This document shows positions 26,567 to 40,251 of a stretch of 64,000 bases of DNA, piece by piece. Location: positions 44,454,001 to 44,518,000 of the forward strand of contig OX597834.1 of assembly GCA_951406725.2 (NCBI GenBank), read 5' to 3'. Position numbers and translations under genes: made by a program. The notes beneath the pieces were generated by a model that worked only from the letters and a program-made list of their open reading frames with translations, ran no database searches and was not told the DNA's origin. Source of the DNA: Octopus vulgaris (lineage: Eukaryota). Position 1 is the stretch's first letter, and each line of letters begins with the position of its first letter.

Positions 26567-27582
26567 ATATGTATATAAAGAAGGACAGGATTCTAAATAT
26601 CACACGGTTTCCAGGTACATATTTGTATGCGTCCTTGCATGCGTTTGTCTTTTTATAAACGTGCAATGCATCGATAAATGTATATCATTCACACGTTTCT
26701 CGTTCAATAATTCTCAAACTTCCAATGCAGTGGATGCACACACACACACACATACAAACACCCCCCCACCACACACACACACAAACACAGACGTATATTT
26801 CTGCGCCACTTTAGGTTTCCTGTATTATAATTCGCAATTTTCCTTTGATCCCCTGTTCACTTTAAAAAAAATTAGGGTACCCAATCACCATTTTGAATTT
26901 GGTTGGCTGTGATTTCACGGTACTTCAAATCTTATTTCGTGGTGCAACGCAAAATAACGCACAAGCAGTGTCTGGTGAATATTCAGAGAGTTTAGCGAAT
27001 AATATTCCCACTACATTACCAAATAATCTTGAAAACGGCGGGAAATTATCCGTGTATATTCTTCAAAGTTATTCACAGTCAATGAGGCAAATGTTCGTGT
27101 ACGCACCGCGCAATTGTATTTAAAAGATATGCATTTACATGGCAATGTCGTGTTAGCATGTGCGGTACATGATCTGGTTCTATGTGACTGTCTTCACTCA
27201 GCAGAGTCTTTAAAATGAATATATGATATTTTCAAATATATGAATATATATTGTATTACTTTATGTAATATCATAATACGTTTAATATGTAACATATGGT
27301 ATAATTATACACAGCGTGAATTTTGGCCATTTCTCCGCAGACTGAAAATAAACGATGAACAACGTTAATCGATTTTCGAACGTTATTGGTTTCTCATCAG
27401 AGGCGTCTACATCATTCTGTCAGTCTCCAGAGAAACAACCACCCACATTGTTTATGTACTCAACAAATGTATCGGTTATTATATGAAGGATTCCCTAACT
27501 TGCATACCGAAAGTCTTTAACACTCTATAAATACCAGCGACCTGTCAACGGGGATCTTAGTCCACACAGTATCTAGGCATGG

Positions 27583-27663
<81 letters not shown>

Positions 27664-27894
27664 TGTGTATATATATACATATGTGTATATATATATATAT
27701 TAACTACCCCTAATTATGGCGATTGTATTACCTTGCACCACTTAATGCCGTTTGAAGTCCCGTGAAATCTTATGTAGACAAATCCAAATTACTAATGGAT
27801 TACTTTAATTTCTTATGAGGAACGCTTGATAGTATGCAAAATATAATGCATGAAACCTCAGGTAATATTAAAAATTCACAAATAAAAAAGTAAA

Positions 27895-27935
<41 letters not shown>

Positions 27936-28589
27936 ACAAGCAGACACGATCGACACAAACCCACATGAACAAACTGACATTCGCACACACTTAGATCTCC
28001 ATACACGCACATATATATATATATATATGTCTATATAACATAGAACATTTCGTGTTATTAGATAAAAAGTGTACGAGGTATTTTTTCAATAAATTAATTT
28101 CAAACAAATTGCCGGAAGATTTAGAAAAAAAAAACTGATAATAATAATACGGTTACGTCATGTTAAAGTCGAGGCAAAGCAAATAGAAAAGAAACCAAAA
28201 TATATATAAAAAAAAATACGCCGACACCTGTCGCATAATAAGATGGGGAAGAATGGAATGGAACAGGAAACACGAGAGAAAAATTGGAATCTCTCGTGAT
28301 AAAATACCTCTCGTTATGCAGCAATTTGCTTTTCCAGCGGTAGGCATTCACGCACACATCTTAGAGTAATTCCTGCATTCTCTTATTCATCCTCTTTAAT
28401 CCTGAGATTCTGTATACGTCATTTTTATTGTACATACACACATTCGCATGGCTGAGACATACGCATGGTCGATGGAACCATGCAGATGCATAAAAAATAC
28501 TTTCTACCTCGTGCATGCGTAGAAACACACAGTCACAGAACAACGGAACACAAGGCCATATATCTACATAGATTTGTATGTATTTATAA

Positions 28590-28780
28590 ATGTATGTATG
28601 TATGTATGTATGTATATGTATGTATGCATGTATGTATGTATGTATGTATGCATGTATGTATGTATGTATGTATGTATGTATGCATGTATGTATGTATGTA
28701 TGTATATGTATGTATGCATGTATGTATGTATGTATGTATGCATGTATGTATGTATGTATGTATGTATGTATGCATGTATG
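28590..28780. repeat. (TATG)n microsatellite with 90-bp higher-order duplication
   Basis: The pattern of TATA and TGCA interruptions recurs with period 90. Confidence 0.85.
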
Positions 28781-28812
28781 TATAATATGTATATGTGTAT
28801 GTGTGTGTATAT

Positions 28813-29124
28813 ACTCTTTACGCTTTTACTTTTACGTGTTTCAGTCATGTGACTGCGGCCATGCTGGAGCACCGCCTTTAGTCGAGCAAATTGACTCCAG
28901 GACTTATTCTTTATAGGCCTAGTATTCTTATTCTATCGGTCCCTTTTGCCGAACCGCTAAGTTACGGGGGCGTAAACACACCAGCATCGGTTCTCAAACG
29001 ATGTTGGGGGGGGGGGGACATACTAGGCTTACAGAGAATAAGTCCTGGGGTCGATTTGCTCGACTAAAGGCGGTGCTCCAGTATGGCCGCAGTCAAATGA
29101 CTAAAACAAGTAAAAGAATAAAAG
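28813..29124. mobile_element. Two SINE B 3' fragments in inverted, tails-outward arrangement
   Basis: 28813-29020 on minus, 29021-29124 on plus. Arms of about 100 bp (28824-28924 and 29021-29124) are near reverse complements. Confidence 0.9.
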
Positions 29125-30021
29125 AAAGACTATAACGAACGAATTTTGAACATACACGATGTAGTTCTATGAAGGACACGTATAGATGTTTAGACCTTGA
29201 AGCCTTATATCTTGGGAAGTATTTGATGGTTGTAGCTTTGCTGCACGAAGACCAAAGATACACAGCAACAAGAAAGTAAAAACATACAAAAACAACAAAC
29301 AACAACAACATATACTTGAATTTTTCACTGTTGATATTGTAGTTACAACATATTTCCTGTAAATTCGTCATTTGCAAAACGCCATCCATCGAATCATTGT
29401 TTTTATCAGATTTCTTCTCCAGAGAAAACCAAGATACATATCTCTAGAATGCTCGCTTTCAATACGACATTGCAGAATTAAGCCACTGGACAGACGAATA
29501 TACTAAGTTTGCCGTAAAGGTTGAATAATATTAACACATCTGATAATGGAAATGAAAGCATTGCCTTCAACGTTTGTATCCGACATAAACCAGTAACTCC
29601 GTCTCCATATTCCAGGTTATAGGCTATTGTCTACTTAGACAGATCTATAAAATGGTTAGTACTTGACTGGACAAAAAATGAATTCTGAAAAGGGGTTTTC
29701 GTGTAAGCCCTTGTAATTCTCTGACAAATTAGCACATTGTGTTAGGCATCTTAACTTACTAATAGGTATAGGCGAAGAAGTGGGTGTGAGATAAGTAGCT
29801 TGCTTACCAACCACATGGTTGGAATAAAAAACAATAATTACATAGTAAATTCTACACCGCTGAAAGCATATTAAGACGCTTCGATCAGAAATTTTGAAAA
29901 TTAAAGGTGTCCATTTACTTCCTGCATGTCTGTGTGTATGTACATACATATATATATATTTATACATATATATATATATATAGAAAGAAATACACACATA
30001 TATAGAACCCCCCAAACACAC

Positions 30022-30083
<62 letters not shown>

Positions 30084-30105
30084 TATTACATAAAAATACT
30101 ACTAC

Positions 30106-30470
30106 GGTACTCTGCCGGTTACGACGACGAGTCTTCCAGCCTGCTCGTGAAATTAACGTGCAAGAGGCTGAGTACTCCACAGACACCTGTATCCTTAACG
30201 TATTTTTCTCGGGGAGATTCAGCGTGACACAGAGAGTGACAAGGCTGGTCCCTTTGAAATACAGGTACAACAGAAACAGGAAGAAAGAGAGAGAAAGAAA
30301 GTTGTGGTGAAAGAGTAGAGCAGGGTTCGCCACCACCCACTGCCGGAGTCTCGTGGAGCTGTAGGTGTTTTCGCTCAATAAACACTCACAACGCTCGGTC
30401 TGGGAATCGAAACCGCGATCCTACAACCGCCGCGAGTCCGCTGCCTTAACCACTGGGCCATTGTGCTTCC
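30106..30470 (-). mobile_element. tRNA-derived SINE family C
   Basis: Minus: CAATGGCCCAGTGGTTAAGGCAGCGGACTCGCGG...GGTTTCGATTCCC tRNA-like head; high identity to 61881-62259. Confidence 0.9.
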
Positions 30471-31165
30471 ACACATAGAAGCAACTAGAGTATTCTATAG
30501 ATTCTTCACATTCTTTACATGCATGTAATTTACCTATGTGCACATACACATTACATCTAAAATATTCATTTGTTTTACATATATCATTTCATCTCTCTGA
30601 CAATCATATTCTATTTTAAATTTACTTCTCTGCTACTTAATTTCATTGTCTTTTAGTTTTCTTTCAAACTTCATTCTCTTTTTATTTTCATTCTTATTTT
30701 CTTTCACTTTGACTTCCTCGAATTCATTATTTTTTTTTTTTTACATAGAATACGTTTATCGTTGTTGTTGTTATTTGGTAAGTTTTGCAAATGTTTTCGT
30801 ATGAAAGAGTCAAATTCTTGGGAGACAATCATATTATCAATTGTGTTCCTGTAGTTTCCAGAAAATGGCTGCCGTCTTGGCGTCACAACTTTTCATTTAC
30901 CTTTCCCCGCAAAACTTGATGTTTTTAATCTAGTTATACATCGCTTCTTTGTCTTCGTTTTCGTTCCCTTCTTTCTTTCTCCACTTGCCCCATTCCCGCG
31001 TTATCGTCAGCACCATCAAATGTCAAATCTTATCCAACACCATCTTCCTCTCACTTGTGCGTTCAACACACCACGACTACATTACCAATATCTATTCCTG
31101 CTATGTATGTAGATATTTGTGAGTGTGTGTGTGTGATACGATATATGATATACATATATAATATA

Positions 31166-31204
<39 letters not shown>

Positions 31205-31270
31205 CTGTATATATTTCTTTACAGAAGTTCCTGCCGGTAATCGGCTATATTTACATACCGAATTCTACCA

Positions 31271-31308
<38 letters not shown>

Positions 31309-31333
31309 TGTATGTATATATATATACATACAC

Positions 31334-31371
<38 letters not shown>

Positions 31372-32215
31372 TGTGTGTGTATATATATGTATATATATAT
31401 ATGTATATATGTATGTATATATATATATATATATACGTATATATATATATATACATATGTGTGTGTGTATTTATATATATTATATATAGATAGATATGTA
31501 TATATAAAGATATATGTATCAAAAGTATGCATACTTGTATGTGTGAGTGTGTGTATAGGACAGAGAGGGAGAAAATACTAACATGACATTTAGGCGTTCA
31601 AAGATATGTGTTCATTCGAATCATCATCATCATGATTTATCCTCCTCCTTCTCCTCCTCCTCCTCCTCCTCCTCCTCCTCATCATCATCATCTTTATCAT
31701 CATTATAATCATCATTTTAAGTTGCTTAGTATGAGTCAAATGCTCAGTAGTATCCAATCAGCTCAAAATTAAGGGAGATTTTGGTGAAGCGCTATTAGGA
31801 GAGGGTCAACTTTTCCCCACAGCAAAATATTTTGTCCCCATAAGAGACAAACGGTTCGGAATCTATACTCAGTGAGCTCTAAGAAATCTAACATTCCTTC
31901 ACTCGTGATACTCGTAAAAACTACACATGCACACACACACACACACACACACCATTCACCGGCCGGAATCACTTAACTTCTGTAAAGCTTGGCCAAAAGC
32001 CCACGATCCCCTCAAGTACACAAAATAAAGTTCGTCTCCTTCAGATTTGGCATAAATCATTGAGTGTGGGTACGGTCTCAATTATCTCTCCATTAGACAT
32101 TGATATGATAAAGTGATGTGAGTAGAAGAAAAGGTTGTTCGAAATTAACCACATTATCAAGAAGCTACCGAAACCAATGAGGTCGCAGAATCTTCAGCTT
32201 GCTTCGACAAAAGGA

Positions 32216-32388
32216 TTAGCGTCATTTCGTCCGTCTTTACGTTCTGAGTTCAAATTCCGCCAAAGTCAATTTGCTTTTCCTCGTTTCGGGGTCGATAAAA
32301 TAAGTACCAGTTGAAGAATGGGAGTTGATGTAATCGATTGTCCCCCTCCCCTGAACTTTCTGGCATTGCGCCGAAATTTGAAATCATT
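32216..32388 (+). mobile_element. 5'-truncated SINE family A
   Basis: TTTCGTCCGTCTTTACGTTCTGAGTTCAAATTCCGCC...GGGGTCGATAAAATAAGTACCAG. Confidence 0.85.
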
Positions 32389-33090
32389 ATGAAGACGCTA
32401 ATTAAATGCATATTTGGTTTTAATTGATAATTTTAAAGTCGTTAATATTTCTTTTCATTATTGAAACATAATCCTATCTATTTGAGAAATTGATGATATT
32501 TCGGGTGTAAAATACTCCAGTTTCGAAGCGAAAAAACGTTCAGTATCATTTTTTAAACTCTCCATAACTAATAACCTTTCTTCTTGCTAAATATTGAAGG
32601 AGACTAACGAGAATGAGGCGAATCCATATTTAAAAAAGAAAATTATAGGCATTAAGTGGTCTTGCATCATCGTTTACCTCCTCATCATCAGTGACCAATG
32701 ACGGGCGATTTATCAGCACATTTTTCTGCAATGCCTGCACAAGATTAACTGCGTTAATGGCTTCGGTTTGGCCTAACACTTCATTGTGGAAGACACCATT
32801 CATATCCCTTCAAACACAGAGCATAACGTTTCTTAGAAGTAAATCAGAGTTGGGAATGCTTCCATTTCTTTCAGTGGGTGCTAACCATTGTCGTTTTCAT
32901 TGAATATGATTATAGACGGCTCACATTATATTACTTGTGTTGGTGCTACACAGGAAAGAGTTGGTACCAAGTCTATGCTTCAATGATGGGTAGATTTTTT
33001 AATTAATCTTAGAAGGAGCAAGATGGTGAGGAACCAAATGATCAAGTTTAGACACATTTCCGACTGAACAAAAGTGATTTATGGTTATAG

Positions 33091-33188
33091 TTCGACCTCG
33101 GCGGAATTTAAACTCGGAACGTAACGACAGATGAAATACGGCTACGCATTTCGCCCGGTGTGCTAACGTTTCTGCCAGCTCACCACCT
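33091..33188 (-). mobile_element. SINE family A 5' half
   Basis: TCGACCTCGGCGGAATTT...GCTAACGTTTCTGCCAGCTCACCACC. Confidence 0.85.
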
Positions 33189-33992
33189 TTTGTGTCAAGT
33201 AATATTTGTTATACAAATAAATAACAACGAATTCAAATCAGTGAGCTGGTATCTATTACGTTTTTCCCCTGTAAATCTAGGGCAGTCATTAAAAAAATAT
33301 TTCTTTGGTCTTTCTAAGACAAGTTACAGGTAGTAATGATATTTCCCCATGAAATCTTCTTCTGTAAAAGCAACTAATGTACAGTGCCTTGTAATATTTC
33401 TTTCGTTTCCTTCTCTCTACTGATTATTAATGTACAGTTTTAGTTCTTGAAAGGATTAAAATTTTCTAAAATCCTTGATTAATAAAATTAGCGTACAAAT
33501 TGCAGATCATATTAAAGAATATATCTGCCAGCTTATTTTCCCAACAGAAGGGATGCAAATTGAAATTTCAAAGAGCGAAAAAGAATGCTGTTGGCAACTG
33601 CTAGAAAGAATAGGTGATGAGGAGGAAGGATGACAGAAACAAATAGACCCCCCCCCAAAAAAAAAATGTACAAAAGAATTAAGAAATGGAAGAAAAAAAA
33701 GCAAATACTGAATGAGTGAACAATTGTATGAAGATTGCTATTAATTAATTTGCTTGTATTCTTCTTAGCTGCCTTTCTTCCACCAGGCATAATTAACATT
33801 ATGCCAAACATTCTTAATTAACAGCAAACAAAAGCGAAAGTATGTATTTGCATATATGTAAGTGTGTATGACTGCGCGTGTACGCGTGTGAATAAATATA
33901 TATGCGTGTGTGCGAATATCAGTATATATATGAATGCCCACATGCATATATCTATGTATGTATGTAAGCATGTATGTCTATGTGTGTCTATG

Positions 33993-34125
<133 letters not shown>

Positions 34126-34321
34126 TGTAAGCGTGCATCTGTCCACAGCCTGTCTCATGTTTGAATGGGTGTATTTTCCGTTCATTTACTTCTATTTAAA
34201 CGTTGTACCTGCGTTTCATTTCACTGGCTTCAACACATCAAGATTTCTACTTCCTTACTGTACGGAATGATACCTCTTGTCACGTCTGTTGCAGTTCTCT
34301 GAATATTACTCTCCGTACAGT

Positions 34322-34652
34322 ACGGTGAACTGGCAGAAACGTTAGCACGCCGAGCGAAATGCTTACCAATATTTGGTCTGCCGCTACGTTCTGAGTTCAA
34401 ATTCCGCCGAGGTCGACTTTGCCTTTCATCCTTTCGGGGTCGATAAAATAAGTACCAGTTACGCACTGGGGTCGATGTAATCGATTTAATCCGTTTGTCT
34501 GTCCTTGCTTGTTCTTTCTGTGTTTAGCCCCTTGTGGATAGTAAAGAAATAGGTATTTCGTCTGTCGCTACGTTCTGAGTTCAAATTCCGCCGAGGTCGA
34601 CTTTGCCTTTCATCCTTTCGGGGTCGATAAAATAAGTACCAGTTACGCACTG
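34322..34652 (+). mobile_element. SINE family A monomer plus tandem partial second unit
   Basis: Full unit 34322-34552, then a restart at internal TATTTCGTCTG; 34567-34652 duplicates part of the first unit. Confidence 0.92.
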
Positions 34653-34800
34653 GTGTTGAGCCTCTTGTGAGCAATAAAAAAATAAAATTATACATGATCT
34701 GAAAGCTATGTATATCTGTGATGAATTCCGTTCGCATGCATTTCTGTATATTCGTTTGTAACTACTTTACGAACGTACGAGTGTGTATGTGCATGAAAAT

Positions 34801-35307
34801 CTTTCTTTCCTACCCTAGGCAAAAAGCCAGGAGTCTCGGCGGCATTTGAACTCAGAACGTAAAGTCAGTCGAAATACATATTTCTTTACTACCCACAAGG
34901 GGCTAAACACAGAGGGGACAAAGAAGGACAGACAAACGGACTAAGTCAATTACATCAACCCCAGTGCGTAACTGGTACTTATTTAATCGACCGCGAAAGG
35001 ATGAAAGGCAAAGTTGATCTGGGCGGAATTTGAACTCAGAACGTAACGGCAGACGAAATACTGCTAAGCATTTCGCTCGGCGTGTTGACGTTTCTTTTGT
35101 AATCTAGGCACAAGACCTGAAGTCATTGGGTAGGGGACCAGTCAATTAGATCGACCCCGGTAAGCAACTGGTACTTAATTTATCGACCCCGAAAGGATGA
35201 AAGGCAAAGTCGACCACAGCAGAATTTGAACTTAGAACGTAGCGGCAGACGAAATAATGCTAAGCATTTCGCCCGGCCTGCTAACGTTTCTACCAACTCG
35301 ACGCATT
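34801..35307 (-). mobile_element. Compound SINE A trimer inside a single 14-bp TSD
   Basis: Three A-derived units in the same orientation. Flanks ATGTGCATGAAAAT (34787-34800) and ATGTGCATGATAAT (35309-35322). Confidence 0.85.
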
Positions 35308-36759
35308 AATGTGCATGATAATATGTTATACGTCTGTATATGTTTGTGTATAATTCGTGTGTATATATATATATATGTAATTATCTAGGTACATATACAT
35401 ACATTTAGATCTGTAAAAGCTTATTTGTATGTGCATATAGCTATATATAAGTGCACCAGCTCACATACACATATACATACATAACCACACACATATATAT
35501 ATATAAGCTTATATGCATATATGTATGCATATGCAGGTATGTAAAAGAGTTTATATGTACTTATGTATATAGAACTAGGGACGTATAAATACACCGACAC
35601 ATACATATGCATACATAACCACACACATATCTATATATACACTTGTATGTATACATGTATGTATGTATATGCAGGTGTGTAAAAATACACCAAAACACAT
35701 ATACTTCTACGTGCTTACACACACACACTCACACACATATATATATATATATATATACATACATACAGACATATATACATATACATACATACACGCACAC
35801 ACACATATACACGTATCTCTCTCTCTCTCTCTCTCTCTCTCTCCCGATATATATATATATATACATACACTCATACGCACATATATAAATAGATATACAC
35901 AGTTGGTTTCATCACTGTCTTATACGATTGTGCCTGTGTATAAATGTACGTGTGTAGGTATACGGCAATAAAGTTGTGTGAAGGTGTGTAAATTTATACA
36001 TTTTTATATTCCAATAAAAAGTGCTTTGCCGTTTGATTGCATTAACCCTTGACGATCGTCAGCTAAGGAAGAGCAAAAGAGTGTAAAATATCAAATGAAA
36101 CGAAACCGTATAAAGCGGCAGTAAGTAAAAATTTCAAGGGACACATTTTCATTGTAAGTTATTTGAAACGAGAAGCAGGCTGGTATGTATAATGTTATTT
36201 TCTATTTTAAGAGATGACAGCGATAGATTAGTTAATAGAATTAGGGGCTTTGAGAACTACTGACTAAAGTGTGACTTTATTTGTTATCAAGGAAATGATC
36301 TAGTAAAACATTTCCAACAAGACTGCAACGGCAAGGGATGCACGGTAGGTATGTGATATGTGATTTTTAATTAGATAAGGCTTTTTTGTGTATCGGTAGC
36401 GTGACACCGACTGTGTGCATATATTGTTCGGCACATGTGGGTGCTTGTGACTAAATGTGGTGACACTTAGATGCATAGAGAGAGAGAGCAAAGGAAGAAA
36501 ATAAAGAGAAATCAGAGAGAAAGTGTAAGGTAGTAATTCTTGCTACGTTTCACTTTCTCTCTTTTATTATCTCTTACATTCTATCGTTTATTTATTCCTG
36601 CACCCTCTTTCTCACGAAAAAAGATAATGTATCAGTATGACGAAAGTATAGAAAGGGTACACACCCAAATATAAGTATAATATATATATATACGTATATA
36701 AATATATATATATTTATATATAAATATATATGGATGCATAAATAAATAAATATATATGT

Positions 36760-36981
36760 TTTTCCAGTTTCAGCTCAGAGCTGCGGCCATGCTGTATATA
36801 AAAAAAAATATTTATATATTGAATTGAGCTAGTTTCAACTCGCGACCTGTGGTTAAGCTAGGGCACCACCATTTGGTGTTGCTACATAATTTTCACTTCG
36901 CTAATTCTTTTTAGAACTTGGCATTTGGTGCATGAGGGAGTTTGACACCCTCATTTGCACTTTCTGCTGTGAAGTTGGTTC
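36760..36981 (-). mobile_element. Microsatellite-anchored element(s) sharing the SINE B 3' tail motif
   Basis: Minus: GGTGGTGCCCTAGCTTAACCACAGGTCGCGAGTTGAAACTAG and CAGCATGGCCGCAGCTCTGAGCTGAAACTGG. No tRNA head; bounded by TA-rich tracts. Confidence 0.55.
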
Positions 36982-36986
36982 ATATA

Positions 36987-37060
<74 letters not shown>

Positions 37061-37169
37061 TGTATGTATAGTTAATCCAGATATTAAAATACAAAGAGAA
37101 AACACAAGAACGCAAGGACGTGGAACAAGTATTGTGTGATTGGGCGCTCAGGAAAGGAAAGAAAGGAGA

Positions 37170-37204
37170 ATTTAATGTTTCGAGCGGAGATCTTCATCAG
37201 AAAC
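37170..37204 (-). ncRNA. Minimal hammerhead-like motif with canonical CUGAUGA core (PLE-like end 37070-37232)
   Basis: Minus: GUUU CUGAUGA A GAUC-UCC-GCUC GAA ACAU U AAAU; one mismatch each in stem II and in the stem III palindrome. Confidence 0.65.
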
Positions 37205-37253
37205 ATAGGAAAAGGAAAGATCAAGGAGGATCTTATATATACACACACACATA

Positions 37254-37289
<36 letters not shown>

Positions 37290-37347
37290 TGTATGTATGT
37301 ATGTATGTATGTATGTATGTATGTATCTATCTATCTATCTATCTATC

Positions 37348-37398
<51 letters not shown>

Positions 37399-37862
37399 CA
37401 AAATAGGCAACAACACCATTATGGTCTTGTCAGTAAGCTGCCCACTGATAAATCATTAAATAATGACTTTATCCTAATTATGTATAAATATATTTTACTC
37501 CACTCCAGAAACATATTTGCTGCGGGATTATTCTGAGTTGATAGTCACATGGTTGAAATGGACGTTCGGGTTTTACTACGTATGTATGTGTGAAATGCAT
37601 GCTTATTGCTCGTACTTTTACGATTGTATATCTATGGTATGGATATGTATTTCTCATTTATTTACGATCGGTTTACAATACTGGAGAGGGAAGGCATGTT
37701 TAATATTGCAAACCGCGAAATCTTAGGTTTTTTCTCAATATCTTGGAATCATTTCTGTCCATTTTCCTCGCATACTAATGAAGTACTAACATAAGTTGTT
37801 TGTAGACTATTTGGAGTCGTTTCAAAGCCCTTATAATTTTATAATTAGTCACAAATATATAT

Positions 37863-38032
37863 ATATATACGGCGGGCTTCTTTCAGTTTCCGTCTACCAA
37901 ATCCACTCACAAGGCATTGGTCGGCCCGAGGCTGTAGTAGAAGACACTTGCCCAAGGTGCCACGCAGTGGGAATGAACCCGGAACCATGCGGTTGGTAAG
38001 GAACCTACTTACCACACAGTCACTCCTGCGCC
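37863..38032 (-). mobile_element. SINE family B 5' half
   Basis: High identity to 24905-25072. Confidence 0.9.
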
Positions 38033-39031
38033 TATATATATATATACACATACATATACATATAAATAAACATCTGTGTGTGTGTGAGCGTTATGCACGT
38101 GAGCAGTGTTTATTGTTACCCATAAAACAAATTAGGATAAGAGATAAGCATCGTGTTTTAAAGGCAAGACTGTAGTTACATGAAATTCCTGCCAAGTATT
38201 TTAGTTTCAGTCTTACAAAGCATTATTCTTCTTCTCCTTTTGATATTCATTTATTCATATAATGGTTTATTACGATATTGTTTTTATTACTTACCTGTGT
38301 CACTTGCTATTTGACAAATAAATTTTTTACTGCCATAATTTGTATGTATCTATTTTTTTGTATTTCGTGCCTTTGTATATTACTAAAAATAAAATATATT
38401 TACGAACAAAAAATATAATGGAAAATTCTCAAAAGAGCAAACACAGATAATCTTCACACACTAATACATCATAGTTATTATAATAGACAGAAGAGAAATT
38501 GCATTTGAGATTTTGGGACGCCCCAGTTGAAAATATTAGAATTTAAGAAGAAGGGAATAAAATTGCTAGAGATATGAGTTCCTTATAAGCAAGGTGAAAA
38601 TGCAGATTCAATTCCCCGGTTAATATAAATCGCCTTATTGACGCGACATTGCTTCCCTGTTGAGATATTATGATGCCGTTAGGATGTCGATGTGTTTATA
38701 GACAGTTGTTTGGTTTCCACATCTTTCTTGGTTAACTCCAGGCAAAATAAAGCAAAAGAAAATTATGTGGTATAAATTCGTAGTAAGATAAAAAGCGGAA
38801 ATGTATTCTATTGAGAAAATGTATGTATAATATGTTAATTTTATGAAATTAGTATGTGTGTGTATATATATATATAGATACATATGTATACCAATGTGGT
38901 TGTGTGAGTGAGTGTGCGTAACAGCATGTGTGTTTGTGTGGGTGTAAATGTATAAATATATACATAGATATAGATCTCCACCAATATAGACATACATATA
39001 AAGATATACATGTACGAACAAATGTACGTAT

Positions 39032-39069
<38 letters not shown>

Positions 39070-39180
39070 GAACATAAATATACATGCATATATTTATATA
39101 TATAAATATATATGTATATATATATACACACACATTTATATATATCTAAATATATATGCATATATATAAGTGTATATATA

Positions 39181-39232
<52 letters not shown>

Positions 39233-39305
39233 TAAATGCATGCATGTATATATAGACAGGCACCTGCACCTCTCCATTTATGTATATACATACACGTGAA
39301 TATGT

Positions 39306-39361
<56 letters not shown>

Positions 39362-39919
39362 AAAGTCAAAATATATATATATGTAAATGAGTGTCTCTGT
39401 GCATGTGTGTATGTGTGTGTGACATATATGTATATATTGATTGATTGTAAGCACATACAGAGTGGAACATTTGCAAAGAAGAGTTGACGTAAAACTTTCG
39501 TATATATATATATATATATGAGAGCGCGCACTTACACATTACAGGGACGTATAAAAACTAAGAAAAAACAAGTGAAAAAATAAAGAAGAGAAGTTAAGTG
39601 AAAAAGCAAAATAGAAAAAGAAAAACAGAAATGGACGCAGGAAAAGATCAAAAGTATAGAAGAGGAAGATATTTCATTGTTGATATTGTATTGAGAATAA
39701 TAGAGAGAATCAAAGTGATGAAGTGACTTCAGAGTTATTTTATGGATGAGAGTAAAATGAATCTATCAGTGCCTTGGTGATACTGAGAATATTATTGTTT
39801 TCTAATTTTTCTTTCGATCTCTATATTTTCTCTGAAAAATTCTCCGTAAACATCCTTACACTCACGTACATACATACATATATGTTTAAGCACAAATATA
39901 TACCATATACGTCTGTATA

Positions 39920-39977
<58 letters not shown>

Positions 39978-40110
39978 TATATATAATACTCCTTTTTTGA
40001 TAAACATACTACAATTTATATATATACATGTGTGTATATATGCAATATGCAAATGTTCTTTTAAAAAAATCGTTTCTTTTAATTTTTCCAAAATTTCATT
40101 GTTTTCCATA

Positions 40111-40153
40111 CTTGCAGTTGAAAAAGTCTCAATGACTGAAACCGGTACTGAAA
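40111..40153 (+). ncRNA. Minimal hammerhead with U3-A8 core variant
   Basis: UUGCAG UUGAAAA AGUC-UCAAU-GACU GAAA CCGG UA CUGAAA: stems I and II pair, loop III is palindromic CCGG. Segment lies between (TA)n and (CA)n. Confidence 0.7.
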
Positions 40154-40200
40154 TGTTTTTTATAAAATTATTTTAGCATTTTGTATCTTGACTTTTTTTC

Positions 40201-40251
<51 letters not shown>

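Noticed and set aside
26875-27050. CCAAT, TTTGAA and GGCGGGAAA motifs suggesting a cell-cycle promoter
   Set aside because: Short motifs with non-canonical spacing and no downstream gene evidence.
27385-27405. Minus-strand CTGATGA immediately followed by GAAAC
   Set aside because: No stem II and no stem I complementarity.
30380-30470. tRNA-like sequences with A/B boxes (also other SINE heads)
   Set aside because: They are SINE heads continuous with SINE bodies; no complete cloverleaf or acceptor stem.
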